Assembly (NCBI GenBank): GCA_040217195.1
Contig: JAVJNR010000003.1
Coordinates: forward strand, 448,001-512,000
Reading direction: 5' to 3'
From: Leptospiraceae bacterium
GTDB taxonomy: Bacteria; Spirochaetota; Leptospiria; Leptospirales; Leptonemataceae
Length of the DNA stretch: 64,000 nt
The notes beneath the pieces are model-generated. The model did not search any database. It saw nothing but the letters and a program-made list of their open reading frames with translations, and was not told the origin of the DNA. Positions 29,251 to 39,372 of this stretch are shown here, piece by piece; position 1 is the stretch's first letter; every line of letters starts with the position of its first letter. The translations under genes were made by a program, and so were the position numbers.

Positions 29251-30948
29251 TTAGTTCTCCGGAAGTTTCTTAATCAGGGATCCCAGGGAGCTGGTGGAAG
29301 GAGCATCGTCCTTTTTCAGATACTGGTCTATGATTTCTCTTTGCTGCTTTCTTTCATAGTCCTTGATGGAAAGAGAGATCCTCTTTTCATCGGAATCAAT
29401 ACGAAGCAGCACTGTGTTCACCTGGTCGCCCGACTTATACAGATCGCTTAATTTCTGATCTGGCTTGAGAGGGATTCGGCTAATGTGCACCAGACCTTCA
29501 AATCCATCTCCAATATCTACAAAGATACCGAAGTCAGTAATGCTGGTGACTTTCCCTTCTATGATTGCATTTTTCTTATATCGATCTTTGAGCACCTCGT
29601 AAGGACTTGGAGTCAATTGCTTGATCCCACAGGATACGCGGCGTTCATTTTTGTTAATGTTCAGAATCTTGTATTGAACACTATCGCCCTTTTTGAGCAT
29701 TTTTCGATCCGGATGATCGGCCCAGGAATAATCATTAAAATGAATCAGACCTTCCACATCATCCAGAATCTTTACGAAGGCTCCAAACTTGGTAACGGAA
29801 GTCACTTCTCCTTCCCGTACATCCCCTTCTTTAACATCCACACCCAGAGTTTCCCAGGGATCTTTTTGCAGTTGCTTCAGGCCCAGACCTATTCGTTGCT
29901 TTTCCAGATCCACAGATAGAACCTGAGCTTCCACTTCCTGGCCTATTTCAAGATATCGTTTGGGATGACGTAGCTTTTTGGACCAGGAAAGCTCGCTAAC
30001 ATGAATCAGGCCTTCCAGGCCTTCGCGAATTTCGACGAAAGCACCGTAATCGGTAAGACTGGTAACCGTTCCCTTTACAATGGCTCCCTGAGTTAATTCG
30101 CGCTGCGCCCATTCCCAGGGATCCTCTGTAGTTTGCTTCAGCCCCAGGGAAAGTCGATGATTCTCCTGATCGATCTGCAGGATCTTAAGTTCTACTTCCT
30201 GGCCTATCTGGAAACGATCTTTGAAAGGTGCGAATTTCTTCCAGGAAATGTCGGATTGATGCAATAGACCTTCGATGCCATCAACGTTAACGAAAACTCC
30301 AAAGGAAACTTTGCGCGTAACCGCGCCCTTTACCATGTCCCCTTCTTTATGCTTCTGCTGGAATTCATTCCACAGTTCGTGGTTTACTTCTTCCAGGATA
30401 GCACGGCGACTCACTACAGCACTACGCTTCTTATCATTGACTTCAATAATCTTGAAATCAATCACAGTGCCTGGCTTGATCTTTCCTTTGGTACGGGCTT
30501 TTAGATCAGCCTGACTGCGGGGCATAAATAGACCAAGTCCGCCCATTCTTACAATGTATCCATGACCGGATGGGATTTCTTTTTCTACAAATCCTGAAAT
30601 TTTGGCACCAGATTCATGGGCCTCTACGACGCTGGACCAGGCTACCCGCCGGTCCGCTTCTAACTTGGAAACGAGTGTATTTCCTTCAGAACCAGCATCC
30701 GATTTTACAACTACCTGGAAAGTGGTTCCGGGAGCGGGGGGCTCATCAAATTCATTAACCGGGCATCGGCCATCCTGTTTCTGGCCAATGTCGAATAGAA
30801 CATCTCGGTCCGAGACCTCCAGCACCGTAGCATCCACAAGGTCGCCACGGCTCCACTGAGCCATATTCACAGACTCTTCTTCTTCTTTTAAGAAGTCCGC
30901 GAGATCTTTTTGCTCCTGTAGCAAGTCAAAGGGAGTAGAAGCCACCAT
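29251..30948 (-). CDS. rpsA: 30S ribosomal protein S1
   Basis: Six S1 repeats (FGVFV, YGAFV, EGLIH.S, RLSLGLKQ). Confidence 0.97.
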   Translation of the reverse strand: MVASTPFDLLQEQKDLADFLKEEEESVNMAQWSRGDLVDATVLEVSDRDVLFDIGQKQDGRCPVNEFDEPPAPGTTFQVVVKSDAGSEGNTLVSKLEADRRVAWSSVVEAHESGAKISGFVEKEIPSGHGYIVRMGGLGLFMPRSQADLKARTKGKIKPGTVIDFKIIEVNDKKRSAVVSRRAILEEVNHELWNEFQQKHKEGDMVKGAVTRKVSFGVFVNVDGIEGLLHQSDISWKKFAPFKDRFQIGQEVELKILQIDQENHRLSLGLKQTTEDPWEWAQRELTQGAIVKGTVTSLTDYGAFVEIREGLEGLIHVSELSWSKKLRHPKRYLEIGQEVEAQVLSVDLEKQRIGLGLKQLQKDPWETLGVDVKEGDVREGEVTSVTKFGAFVKILDDVEGLIHFNDYSWADHPDRKMLKKGDSVQYKILNINKNERRVSCGIKQLTPSPYEVLKDRYKKNAIIEGKVTSITDFGIFVDIGDGFEGLVHISRIPLKPDQKLSDLYKSGDQVNTVLLRIDSDEKRISLSIKDYERKQQREIIDQYLKKDDAPSTSSLGSLIKKLPEN

Positions 30949-31008
30949 AAATGTTCCGTAATGTAGCAGGTCTATCTGGGGAGATGAAGATGGGCCACAA
31001 TCTTGAAT

Positions 31009-31695
31009 TTAGAATCTGAACTGGATGTGTGCCAGGATTCTCGATAAGACATCCTCCCGAGAAAGATCGGAAGTGTCAATAAGAATAGCGTCATCAGCCT
31101 TTCGCAAGGCTCCCACAGCCCGATTCCGGTCCTCTTCATCCCTCCTGGCAATATCCTGCTCGATTTCCGCAAGAGTCTGAGAGCTGTTACCCTGGCCAAG
31201 CATTTCTTCGTACCGTCGTTTCGCACGGACCTGCACAGAGGCTTCCAGAAAGAACTTACTGGTAGTGTCCGGAAACACTTCGGTTCCCATATCACGACCG
31301 TCTGCTACCAGGCCCGCCTGCTCTGCAAATTCCCGTAGCAACCGATTCACCGTATTTCTGTAAGGAACACTGTCTGCAATGTAGCGGATCCGGCCAGTGA
31401 CTTCAGGGCTTCGGATCTCAAGTCCCACATCCTTTCCCTGAATTCGGTTGGATTGTTTTCCATCCGCCACCACCACCTGGACTTCCAGAGTATCTGGATC
31501 GATGCCACTCTTCTGGAATTCTGCACCAAAGTCCTGAGGATTGGAGCCAGAACCCATGCGACGCATGTAAGCCAGAGTGAGTGTTCTATAGATTGCTCCA
31601 GAATCTGCATGCAGGAATCCAATCTTCTCAGCAAGCAGACCTGCTATGGTGCTTTTACCAGATCCGGCCGGACCATCCAGTGCAATTACCGTCAT
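31009..31695 (-). CDS. cmk: Cytidylate kinase
   Basis: IALDGPAGSGKST, DSGAIYR, DGRDMGTEVFP. Confidence 0.96.
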   Translation of the reverse strand: MTVIALDGPAGSGKSTIAGLLAEKIGFLHADSGAIYRTLTLAYMRRMGSGSNPQDFGAEFQKSGIDPDTLEVQVVVADGKQSNRIQGKDVGLEIRSPEVTGRIRYIADSVPYRNTVNRLLREFAEQAGLVADGRDMGTEVFPDTTSKFFLEASVQVRAKRRYEEMLGQGNSSQTLAEIEQDIARRDEEDRNRAVGALRKADDAILIDTSDLSREDVLSRILAHIQFRF

Positions 31696-31896
31696 GGCAC
31701 CATTGAGCCCGAGGCGGTCACTCTGGCAAGCCTGGAATTTATGGCAAGATTGCACTCGGAGGTAGGGCTCCTTGATTCATTCCCGGCCGTGCGGATGGGC
31801 CATACCGAAACCATCCCGGGAATCATAGAAAAATACCGGAGCGGGAAATGCAATCCGTTGGATGGAAGCAGAACCGGATGCAAAAATCTAGTTACC

Positions 31897-31933
31897 AGAA
31901 AAGAATCATGCGACTACAAAAGTACTCGCATGA
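31897..31933 (-). terminator. Intrinsic terminator closing the VOC-to-DoxX operon
   Basis: Minus strand TCATGCGA-gtacttttgtag-TCGCATGA followed by TTCTTTTCT. Confidence 0.6.
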
Positions 31934-31968
31934 AGCGTTTCGCATCCTGGTTTCAGGAGTCACTCATA

Positions 31969-32346
31969 TCAACTTACCAGAGAGATGAATTTCTCGCGCT
32001 CCTCATAAACGACCCAGACAAAGATAGCAAGGATCACCAGGGCGATGGGCAGTCCGGACGGTGCAATTGTGATGTGATGCAGTACAATACCAGCCAGCAC
32101 CGGAAATAGTATAACGGCCCCCAGCGCTCTGAGTTTTGGCACCATTAGAAGAGCACCACCTACAATCTCAGCCACTGCCAGTAAGGGCATGAGCCAAACA
32201 ATTTGCTTCATTGCATTCATCGCCTGCAATACATCTTCGGGCAGGTCCGTGGGCTCCGGGATATACCCAAGAAATTTATTCAAGCCCCCGTTAATGAACA
32301 GCAGCCCCACCAGAATGCATAAACCTGTTAAGATCTTCTTCTTCAT
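31969..32346 (-). CDS. DoxX family membrane protein
   Basis: GLLFINGGLNKF, EIVGG; 4 TM; SD AAGGAG. Confidence 0.82.
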   Translation of the reverse strand: MKKKILTGLCILVGLLFINGGLNKFLGYIPEPTDLPEDVLQAMNAMKQIVWLMPLLAVAEIVGGALLMVPKLRALGAVILFPVLAGIVLHHITIAPSGLPIALVILAIFVWVVYEEREKFISLVS

Positions 32347-32358
32347 AAAGTCTCCTTT

Positions 32359-32757
32359 CTATTCTGATTCAAATTTTCGTTCCACCGGTCTTAAATACCA
32401 GGATATCACTGTGAGAATAAGCAAGAAACTGGCAGGAACCAGTTCACTCCAGGCATGGTCCGAAGCAACGTGCGAATACAATGCTCCAGTCAAAAGGAAA
32501 AAAATACCCGCATAGGCCCATTCCTTAATAAGTGGACTTCGCGGAGCAAGGATTGCCACAGTACCCAGTAACTTCCATACTCCCAATATCGTTAAGAAAT
32601 AGACCGGGTATCCCAGCTTCACAATGCCCCATAAAAAGGGCGGCGCCAGTGCACCCTCCACTTCCATATGGAGCAATTCTTGAATTCCCGAAGCAAGCAT
32701 TCCCGAGGCGACGACGAGAGTAGCTATCCAGTATACGATCTTCCGTATTTTACTCAT
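32359..32757 (-). CDS. DoxX-like family membrane protein
   Basis: YWIAT, LGYPVYF..ILGVWK, KEWAYAG. Confidence 0.88.
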   Translation of the reverse strand: MSKIRKIVYWIATLVVASGMLASGIQELLHMEVEGALAPPFLWGIVKLGYPVYFLTILGVWKLLGTVAILAPRSPLIKEWAYAGIFFLLTGALYSHVASDHAWSELVPASFLLILTVISWYLRPVERKFESE

Positions 32758-32797
32758 ATCTTTTCACTTTCCTTTATTCTTCTACTGAATACCTCCT

Positions 32798-33409
32798 CTA
32801 TTCGATAAAGGAGCCTGTTTGAACAGCCCCGGCACGATCATAACTGGCAATGATCACTCCTCGAGGTGACACTGTGCTGCTGGTAAGGGTGAACTTGGTT
32901 GAAGCGATGCCATCAGCAAACAGACGCTTTCCCTGGCCAAGGATGATGGGAAAAATCTTCAGCCATAATCGGTCTACCAGATCATGCTTCAACAATGTCT
33001 GTACCAGGTTGCCACTGCCCCAGAGATGTAGATCCGGGCCGTCGTCGCTTTTTAGTTTCTCAATTCTTTCTGCGACGTTACCACCAAGCAGCACAGAGTT
33101 TTGCCATTCAAGCTCCAGCGCAGGATTCTCCGATGCAACAAACTTTCTTACTTCGTTGATGCCCGGCCAACTATCGGCGTTCTGCGGCCAATAACTGGCA
33201 AAGATCTCATACGTCCTTCTGCCTAGAAGGAGCTCACATTGCTGCAACGACATCTGATCTTCCATGGCCGCCTCAAGAGTCTCTTCACCAAAATAGGGAA
33301 CAACCCATCCGCCATATTTGAATTCGCCGGACGTATCTTCGTCCGGGCCCCCCGGGGCCTGAATGATACCGTCCAGGGAAATAAATTCTATTACAGTCAG
33401 TTTTCGCAT
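32798..33409 (-). CDS. Dihydrofolate reductase/RibD C-terminal family protein
   Basis: FISLDG, LLGRRTY, GSGNLVQTL, PIILGQGKRLF. Confidence 0.9.
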   Translation of the reverse strand: MRKLTVIEFISLDGIIQAPGGPDEDTSGEFKYGGWVVPYFGEETLEAAMEDQMSLQQCELLLGRRTYEIFASYWPQNADSWPGINEVRKFVASENPALELEWQNSVLLGGNVAERIEKLKSDDGPDLHLWGSGNLVQTLLKHDLVDRLWLKIFPIILGQGKRLFADGIASTKFTLTSSTVSPRGVIIASYDRAGAVQTGSFIE

Positions 33410-33486
33410 AGGCCCTCATCAAGATAAACTTCTACAGAAGCCATGGTGTGTTCTGCCTGGTTTTCTATCGCAGCCACTCCGTTATA

Positions 33487-34059
33487 TCAGGCATTGACAA
33501 TGTTCTGGATGTCTTCTGTGAGCTCAGTCAGGCCCCGCCCAAAGGCATGCTCATCCCCCTGTATCCTGCGCATGATTGCATGCGATAGTGCAGAAACATA
33601 GAGACTTGAATGATCAAAAGGTACGATAGGATCGTCCAGGCTGTGGTACAGATATACATTAGGTATCTCTGGTAACCGGGCCCCAAAGTCCTCTACAAGC
33701 TTGAACTCTTCAACGTCCCAGTCTTTTACGCCCCAGAAGGGCGAAGCAATCAGAAAGAGGCCACCCGGGGCCGTGCCAGGTCGGGATTCAGACAGGTACT
33801 TCAATAGCATGGAGCCACCAAGGGAATGACCGACCAGAAAGCTACCGGCCGGCAATTCAGGGAAAGCCTGGTCGAACAGGGACTTCCAGGCCGAATAGGT
33901 AGGTGCAGCGGGATTCGATATCGTAGAATAGTCCACTTCGAAGTCCGGCCCCAGTGTGGTCCGCAACCAGTGGACCAGATCGTAGCTTCCTTCACCGGGA
34001 CCTCCCTGAGCTCCTCCGCTATGCGCAAACAGGATTTTTCTTTTTTGTTCTTCTGGCAT
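33487..34059 (-). CDS. Alpha/beta hydrolase, RBBP9/YdeN family
   Basis: GHSLG nucleophile elbow, HSLDDP.VP, terminal His. Confidence 0.87.
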   Translation of the reverse strand: MPEEQKRKILFAHSGGAQGGPGEGSYDLVHWLRTTLGPDFEVDYSTISNPAAPTYSAWKSLFDQAFPELPAGSFLVGHSLGGSMLLKYLSESRPGTAPGGLFLIASPFWGVKDWDVEEFKLVEDFGARLPEIPNVYLYHSLDDPIVPFDHSSLYVSALSHAIMRRIQGDEHAFGRGLTELTEDIQNIVNA

Positions 34060-34060
34060 T

Positions 34061-34456
34061 TTATATTACATCTTCGCTAATTCTGAGGCAATATGTTGTG
34101 ATATTCTTTATAACGGAATTCTTGCCTGCACCGCTAAATTCATAGACGTCGCAGAAACCATACTCTGCCCCATCTTTCAGTTTCGTTGTGCCATTTAAAG
34201 AAGCGGATTTTCCGTGAGTGATGATTTGATCGATGGTTAGCGTAGAAGTCGGAGAATCTTTCAAAGTCTCCAGATGCCGGGACACTGCCTGCAACCCGCT
34301 CAATTTTTTGTGCCCCAGAATATTCCAGTTAATGTCTTCAGAAAGCATTTCAAGAATAGCTTTTGTATCGCATCTAGCAAAAGCTATCTGCAAATCCTTC
34401 AGCTGTTGTTTACGTGGTGCGTTCTGACAATCTTCATTGCAAATAATCCTGGCCAT
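34061..34456 (-). CDS. NTF2/SnoaL-like protein
   Basis: DCQNAPRK, IITHGK, FCDVYEF; SD GGAG before ATG 34456. Confidence 0.75.
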   Translation of the reverse strand: MARIICNEDCQNAPRKQQLKDLQIAFARCDTKAILEMLSEDINWNILGHKKLSGLQAVSRHLETLKDSPTSTLTIDQIITHGKSASLNGTTKLKDGAEYGFCDVYEFSGAGKNSVIKNITTYCLRISEDVI

Positions 34457-34496
34457 TTCGTAATTCTCCCGTGTGCCCTTACTCGGCACGGTTTTG

Positions 34497-35411
34497 TCAG
34501 CTCTTTCCGGAACCCTGGAAGGCCTCATTCAGTCTGGAAATGTCAATTTTTTTCATCGTAAAAAGAAGCTCCAATGCTCGGTCAGCTTTTTCCCTATCAT
34601 CCGAACTCAGCATCTGCAACGCCTCATCTGGAACAATTTGCCAGGATACTCCGTACCTGTCTTTTAGCCAGCCGCACATACTTTCGCTGCCTTCCTTTGT
34701 GAATTCGCTCCAGAAGCGATCCACTTCACTCTGTCCCTCGCAGTGAATCAGAAAGGAGATTGCCTCATTGAATGTAAAATTGTGTTTCTGGGCGCTTTCC
34801 ATGATCGCAAACGCCTGACCTTCCAGGGTAAGATCTCCATAGGCAACCCTTCCCTCTTCATCCGGTGCTTGCCCGGGCCCGTAGCGAAAAATCTCGCCAG
34901 TCTGTGAATTCTCGAATAGAGATACATAATAGCGCATGGCCTCTTCAGCATGGCCATAGTTATCATTCACAAACATCAGCGAAGGTACTATTTTCGGCTC
35001 CGGTATGTAGTCTGCGTAGATCAGCTGCCAGGACAGACCGTACCTGTCCTCGATCCACCCGTATCGATCGCTGAAAGGATAGGAATCCAGTGGCATAAGG
35101 GCCCGGCCACCTTCCGCCAGTCTATTCCAGTGGAGGTCCACATCTGCTCTGTCAGGAAAATTCACGATAAAGGAAACCGAAGGATTGAACTGAAATATGG
35201 GCCCACCGTTGAGGCCCAGGAACTTATGCCCTCCCAGTAACTCAAACTCCACGGTCATTACCTGCCCGGACGGCTGGCCATGTATTTCATGACCTACCTC
35301 CGAGTAGCGGGAAATGGATCCCACCATCGAATCTGCAAACACCGATGAATAGAACCGGGCCGCCTGCTCGGCCTCTTTGTCGAACCATAGATGTGGCACT
35401 ATTTTCTGCAT
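34497..35411 (-). CDS. Two-domain VOC/PhnB (3-dmu-9_3-mt) family protein
   Basis: KIVPHLWFD, YGWIEDRYGLSWQ, CGWLKDRYGVSWQ; SD GGAGG. Confidence 0.92.
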   Translation of the reverse strand: MQKIVPHLWFDKEAEQAARFYSSVFADSMVGSISRYSEVGHEIHGQPSGQVMTVEFELLGGHKFLGLNGGPIFQFNPSVSFIVNFPDRADVDLHWNRLAEGGRALMPLDSYPFSDRYGWIEDRYGLSWQLIYADYIPEPKIVPSLMFVNDNYGHAEEAMRYYVSLFENSQTGEIFRYGPGQAPDEEGRVAYGDLTLEGQAFAIMESAQKHNFTFNEAISFLIHCEGQSEVDRFWSEFTKEGSESMCGWLKDRYGVSWQIVPDEALQMLSSDDREKADRALELLFTMKKIDISRLNEAFQGSGKS

Positions 35412-35440
35412 TCGATCCTCCCCGGTTTTCATGATTCAAC

Positions 35441-35456
35441 TGTACCATCTAGTACA
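35441..35456. promoter_or_regulatory. Putative TetR operator
   Basis: Palindrome TGTAC-CATCTA-GTACA 30 bp upstream of the VOC gene, between the divergent genes. Confidence 0.6.
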
Positions 35457-35663
35457 TAGAGATATTCATACTACTTCTTAAACAGAAATTATGCAGCTGA
35501 TTGCGAATCTTTGTCCAAATAGCGCATTGCTGAGAAAAGGTCTTCCTGTGTTTTCCCCTGAGCGAATGCAGAAGCGATTTGCGAGCAGAACATTCTTTTT
35601 CTTTTCTGGAACTTACCTTAAATTACGAATATACGGGTCGTTCAGGCCTGCACATTTGATCTT

Positions 35664-36260
35664 ATGAGCCCGGCAACAGACAGCCGAACACGAATGATTG
35701 AAGGAGCTCTGGATCTGTTTCACAGGCAGGGCGTCAATGCAACCAGTGTTGATCAAATTCTGGCTGCCTCAAATACGGGCAAAAGCCAGTTCTCCTATTA
35801 TTTCAAAAATAAAGACGGCCTCATTCTTGCTGTACTGCAATATCTACATGAATTAATCCGCTCGGGGCAGACGCCTACCGGCTATGATATAAACACATGG
35901 GATGAATTTGATCATTGGTTTCAGCAATACATCGATTTTCAGCGATCGGTGGACTTTCAAAGATCCTGTCCGCTGGGAACCATCGGAACTGATATTCCAG
36001 AAGGAAAGGAGCTCTTGCGTCAGGAGGTCCAGAGTTTTCTGGAATGGAGTCGAGGTCGCCTTTCGCGCTTCTTTGCTGAAAGAAAGGCAGCCGATGAGAT
36101 GGTACCAGGCGTTGACCCGGACTCACTTGCCGATTTTTGCATTTCTATCATGCATGGAGGTATGCTACTTACTAAAATGAAACGTTCTTCGGATATGTTC
36201 GAGCATGCAGCCTTTGAAGCTCTAAACTATATTCGCAGTCTTAGAAAAACCAGAGTCTGA
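35664..36260 (+). CDS. TetR/AcrR family regulator (NemR-like)
   Basis: N-terminal HTH (LFHRQG..TSVDQI..YYFKNK) and conserved CP.G. Confidence 0.92.
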   Translation: MSPATDSRTRMIEGALDLFHRQGVNATSVDQILAASNTGKSQFSYYFKNKDGLILAVLQYLHELIRSGQTPTGYDINTWDEFDHWFQQYIDFQRSVDFQRSCPLGTIGTDIPEGKELLRQEVQSFLEWSRGRLSRFFAERKAADEMVPGVDPDSLADFCISIMHGGMLLTKMKRSSDMFEHAAFEALNYIRSLRKTRV

Positions 36261-36488
36261 TGTCACCCGGACTCTTTTCGCAGAAGTAGAATTCATATCT
36301 ATACCCTCTACCATGATCCGCTTTCGACTCTGGTATCACATGGTGGCAGGCAAAAGCCAATAATCTCAAATTAGTTGCGTCAGCAAGTCTAAAGGGTTTC
36401 TACGACAGAACTCCGACCCTGTGCGAATTTGATGTTCTTCTTTTTGCTGCCAGCGAAACGACTTCTAGTCATCTGACCTACGGTTTGC

Positions 36489-37445
36489 TCAGGACTTTTC
36501 ATCGTAACCGCAAATCTCATTTCTATACACTCTGGATTGATTCTGCCAGTCAGACCACCATTCCATGCTATCCGATTCCACGGTATCGATTAGTTCATCC
36601 AGACCTGTGCGAAAATCCCGAAGAGACTCCAGAATGTATTTTCGATTGGTATGCAAAATATCCTTCCACATCTCCGGATTCGACCCGGCAATCCTCAGCA
36701 TATCCCGCAGTCCGCCCCCGGTTATAGGGATAGGAGAATTAGAGTTAATTCTCCGAACCTCCGAGCGATTCGCAGTTACAGTAGCCAGTAAACTGGAGAC
36801 TAGATGAGGTGCATGACTTAGATAGGCAAGTACCAGATCATGATCCCTTTCATTCAGCTCAGACGCACGACAACCCAGAGATGTCCAGAACTGGTTGAGA
36901 GCCTGGAATGCCTGCTGCGGCGGATGCGGTCTCATAGTGGAACGAATCAGAATCACCAGGCGATCTTCAAATAGGGTATCTCTGTAAGCGGATGGACCAG
37001 CATCGGCAGAACCGCACATTGGATGGGACCCAATAAATGGCAGTTCAGGATAGGAAGAAACCAACTCTTCCAGATAGGTCCTGGTTGAACTCATATCGGT
37101 AATGAGTGGCAATCCGGAGAAATAAATGCTCTGCGGATCGTTGGACTTTAAATCCGGGGTGGCGCTTTTGTAAATACTGGAGAAAGATTTAAGAAGTTCT
37201 GCATTGGCAGAGATGGGCATACCCAGAACGATTAGATCATATTGCTTTATATCCAGAGAGGTTTGCGTTTCTTCGGAAAGCAAAATTGCATCCGCAAGGT
37301 TGTTGGATGAGATCCAGTCCCTGCTTTTGAGGCTTCTTACCACTCCGGTAATATTGGGAGGATTGGATTGCTTTCGCAAAGCGGCGGACAGGGAAGCTCC
37401 CATCATACCCATGCCGTAGATCAATATGGAGCGAAATGGTTGCAG
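36489..37445 (-). CDS. tyrA: Prephenate dehydrogenase
   Basis: GMGMMGAS Rossmann loop, SHPMCGS, HD....SH.PH, RIAGSNP.MW; start uncertain (TTG 37424, CTG 37445 or ATT 37451). Confidence 0.92.
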   Translation of the reverse strand: MQPFRSILIYGMGMMGASLSAALRKQSNPPNITGVVRSLKSRDWISSNNLADAILLSEETQTSLDIKQYDLIVLGMPISANAELLKSFSSIYKSATPDLKSNDPQSIYFSGLPLITDMSSTRTYLEELVSSYPELPFIGSHPMCGSADAGPSAYRDTLFEDRLVILIRSTMRPHPPQQAFQALNQFWTSLGCRASELNERDHDLVLAYLSHAPHLVSSLLATVTANRSEVRRINSNSPIPITGGGLRDMLRIAGSNPEMWKDILHTNRKYILESLRDFRTGLDELIDTVESDSMEWWSDWQNQSRVYRNEICGYDEKS

Positions 37446-37446
37446 A

Positions 37447-38565
37447 TCAATCCACCTGTCCCCGGGGATAAGATCCCAGGACTTTTAGAAAAGATGTGCT
37501 CTTTTCCAGATCTACCAGAATGCTTTTGACCGGCTCCTGATCTCTATGTCCCTCAAGATCAATAAAGAAATTGTATTCACCGTAGTTCTTTCTTGTAGCT
37601 CTGGACTCAATTCTCGTCAGGTTGATGTTTGCATCATAGAATGGCTTCAGTACGCGAAATAGGCCACCTGGCTCATCTCTAAAACTAAGCACAATGCTTG
37701 TACGATCTTTCTTTCCGGCAGGACATTGTTCATGACCTATGATCCAGAAACGAGTTATGTTATCTGAACTGTCCTGAATATCTCTGCTAAGAATCTTTAA
37801 TCCGTATATCTCGCTGGCCAGCTCCGATGCGATGGCCACACCATCCTTCTTTTCCGAGACTAGTTGGGCTGCCCGGGCTGTAGATGAGGTTTCTACAATT
37901 TGGATTTCATGCATGGGCAGGTTTTTCTGAGCCCATTGCTTGCATTGTTCCAGGCCAATGGGGATGGTATAGATCGTTCGAATAGAACTGAGAGGCACAG
38001 ATTCAATGGCCATTAAATGGTGCCGCACTCGCACAAATTGCTCGGCATAGATCTGCAGGCTGGAATCCAGAAAACAGTCCATGGTTATGCCCACGGAACC
38101 GGCTGCCGTATTATCTGCAGGAACCACACCGTAACTTGCTTCCTTCACGTTGGCCACGCTGCGAAAGATCTCTGGAATGGTATCCATGGGCATTCCACGA
38201 ACCGAGTTTCCGAATCGGTATCTGGTAGCCATGTGCGAAAAACTTCCTGGAGGACCAAGGTAGCCTACGGAGGGACCGCCTTCCAGAGCTATGGAGCCAG
38301 ACATGATTTCTCGGTAAATATTGCGAAAGGTTGAATCCGGAAGTTCTGGTAATGTTTCCCCCTGCCACTCCTTCCGAATCTTCTTTGCATACTGAACTAT
38401 GTTCTCGTAGACTCCCTGCTCCCGATCCGGTCTGTACACCGGTTCATTCTTTCGGCGCTTAACTTCGCCAATATGGGAGGCCGCCTGGGCGCGACGAAGG
38501 AGCAGTTCAACGATTTGCCAGTCCAGCTCATCGATCTGCTTTCTGTAGGGAGCAAGATCATCCAT
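37447..38565 (-). CDS. pheA: Chorismate mutase/prephenate dehydratase
   Basis: R.QID.LD, RPDRE, LGP.GSFS, NITRF, ACT domain with IESR. Confidence 0.95.
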   Translation of the reverse strand: MDDLAPYRKQIDELDWQIVELLLRRAQAASHIGEVKRRKNEPVYRPDREQGVYENIVQYAKKIRKEWQGETLPELPDSTFRNIYREIMSGSIALEGGPSVGYLGPPGSFSHMATRYRFGNSVRGMPMDTIPEIFRSVANVKEASYGVVPADNTAAGSVGITMDCFLDSSLQIYAEQFVRVRHHLMAIESVPLSSIRTIYTIPIGLEQCKQWAQKNLPMHEIQIVETSSTARAAQLVSEKKDGVAIASELASEIYGLKILSRDIQDSSDNITRFWIIGHEQCPAGKKDRTSIVLSFRDEPGGLFRVLKPFYDANINLTRIESRATRKNYGEYNFFIDLEGHRDQEPVKSILVDLEKSTSFLKVLGSYPRGQVD

Positions 38566-38587
38566 AGACCGGGGCAGGGTTTTTCGG

Positions 38588-39295
38588 TTATTCGATTTCG
38601 TCAAACGGAAGCTCTTTTACGTCCTGTAAAGGAGGAAGCTCCGAAAGCGAATTCAGCGCAAAATGGGACAGAAATTGCCTGGTAGTAACATAAAGTGTAG
38701 GTCTGCCGGGAACAGGTCTGTATCCCTGGGGCTTGATTAACTTTTTCTGAAGTAACGTAGCAACCATTTGTCGACTGTTTACTCCGCGAACCTCTTCTAT
38801 TTCGGGCAGGGTTATGGGTTGCCGGTAGCAAATAATGGATAGAGCTTCCATAACGGACCGGGACAGTTTCTCTGTTCTGGGACCACCCAGAATCCCTTTG
38901 ATCTGATCGCCATACCGATCGGAAGTAACAAATTGATAGCCGCCGCTGATTTCTCTAAGCAGAATTCCGCCGTCTCGCTCCGCGTAGTCATCCATAAGCG
39001 AATCTACAAGAATTCGAGTATTTACACGGTCCAGATTACACTGCCGGGCCAGCACAGACAGGGACTGAGGCTCAGAGGATACAAATAGTACTGCTTCCAT
39101 GAGTCCACGGAATTCATCCATTTCTTCACGGCTGAGCTCCCTGTATTCAGGCAGGCCAGCTTCATTGGAAGCCTTAACAGGCACATCCACCGAATCCTCG
39201 ATTTCGTGCTGTTCTGATGGAAGAGCACCATCCATAGTATCAAGATCGTCCCGGGAGCTCTCAATTTCCAGCGTATCTTTCTTTTTCTTTGCCAT
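38588..39295 (-). CDS. scpB: SMC-Scp complex subunit ScpB
   Basis: EAVLF, GGYQF, YRQPIT..EI..RGV, PGRP.LY.TT..FL. Confidence 0.95.
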   Translation of the reverse strand: MAKKKKDTLEIESSRDDLDTMDGALPSEQHEIEDSVDVPVKASNEAGLPEYRELSREEMDEFRGLMEAVLFVSSEPQSLSVLARQCNLDRVNTRILVDSLMDDYAERDGGILLREISGGYQFVTSDRYGDQIKGILGGPRTEKLSRSVMEALSIICYRQPITLPEIEEVRGVNSRQMVATLLQKKLIKPQGYRPVPGRPTLYVTTRQFLSHFALNSLSELPPLQDVKELPFDEIE

Positions 39296-39372
39296 AGCCA
39301 GAGGGATTATGTCGCGCCTGCGGGTTGTACAGCAAGCGGTTTTTTAGCGACATATTCTCTTTGTGGTCAGTT

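Noticed and set aside
36390..36502. Short ORF overlapping the tyrA stop as an aroA remnant
   Set aside because: The 37-aa peptide shows no PGDKS-type AroA motif
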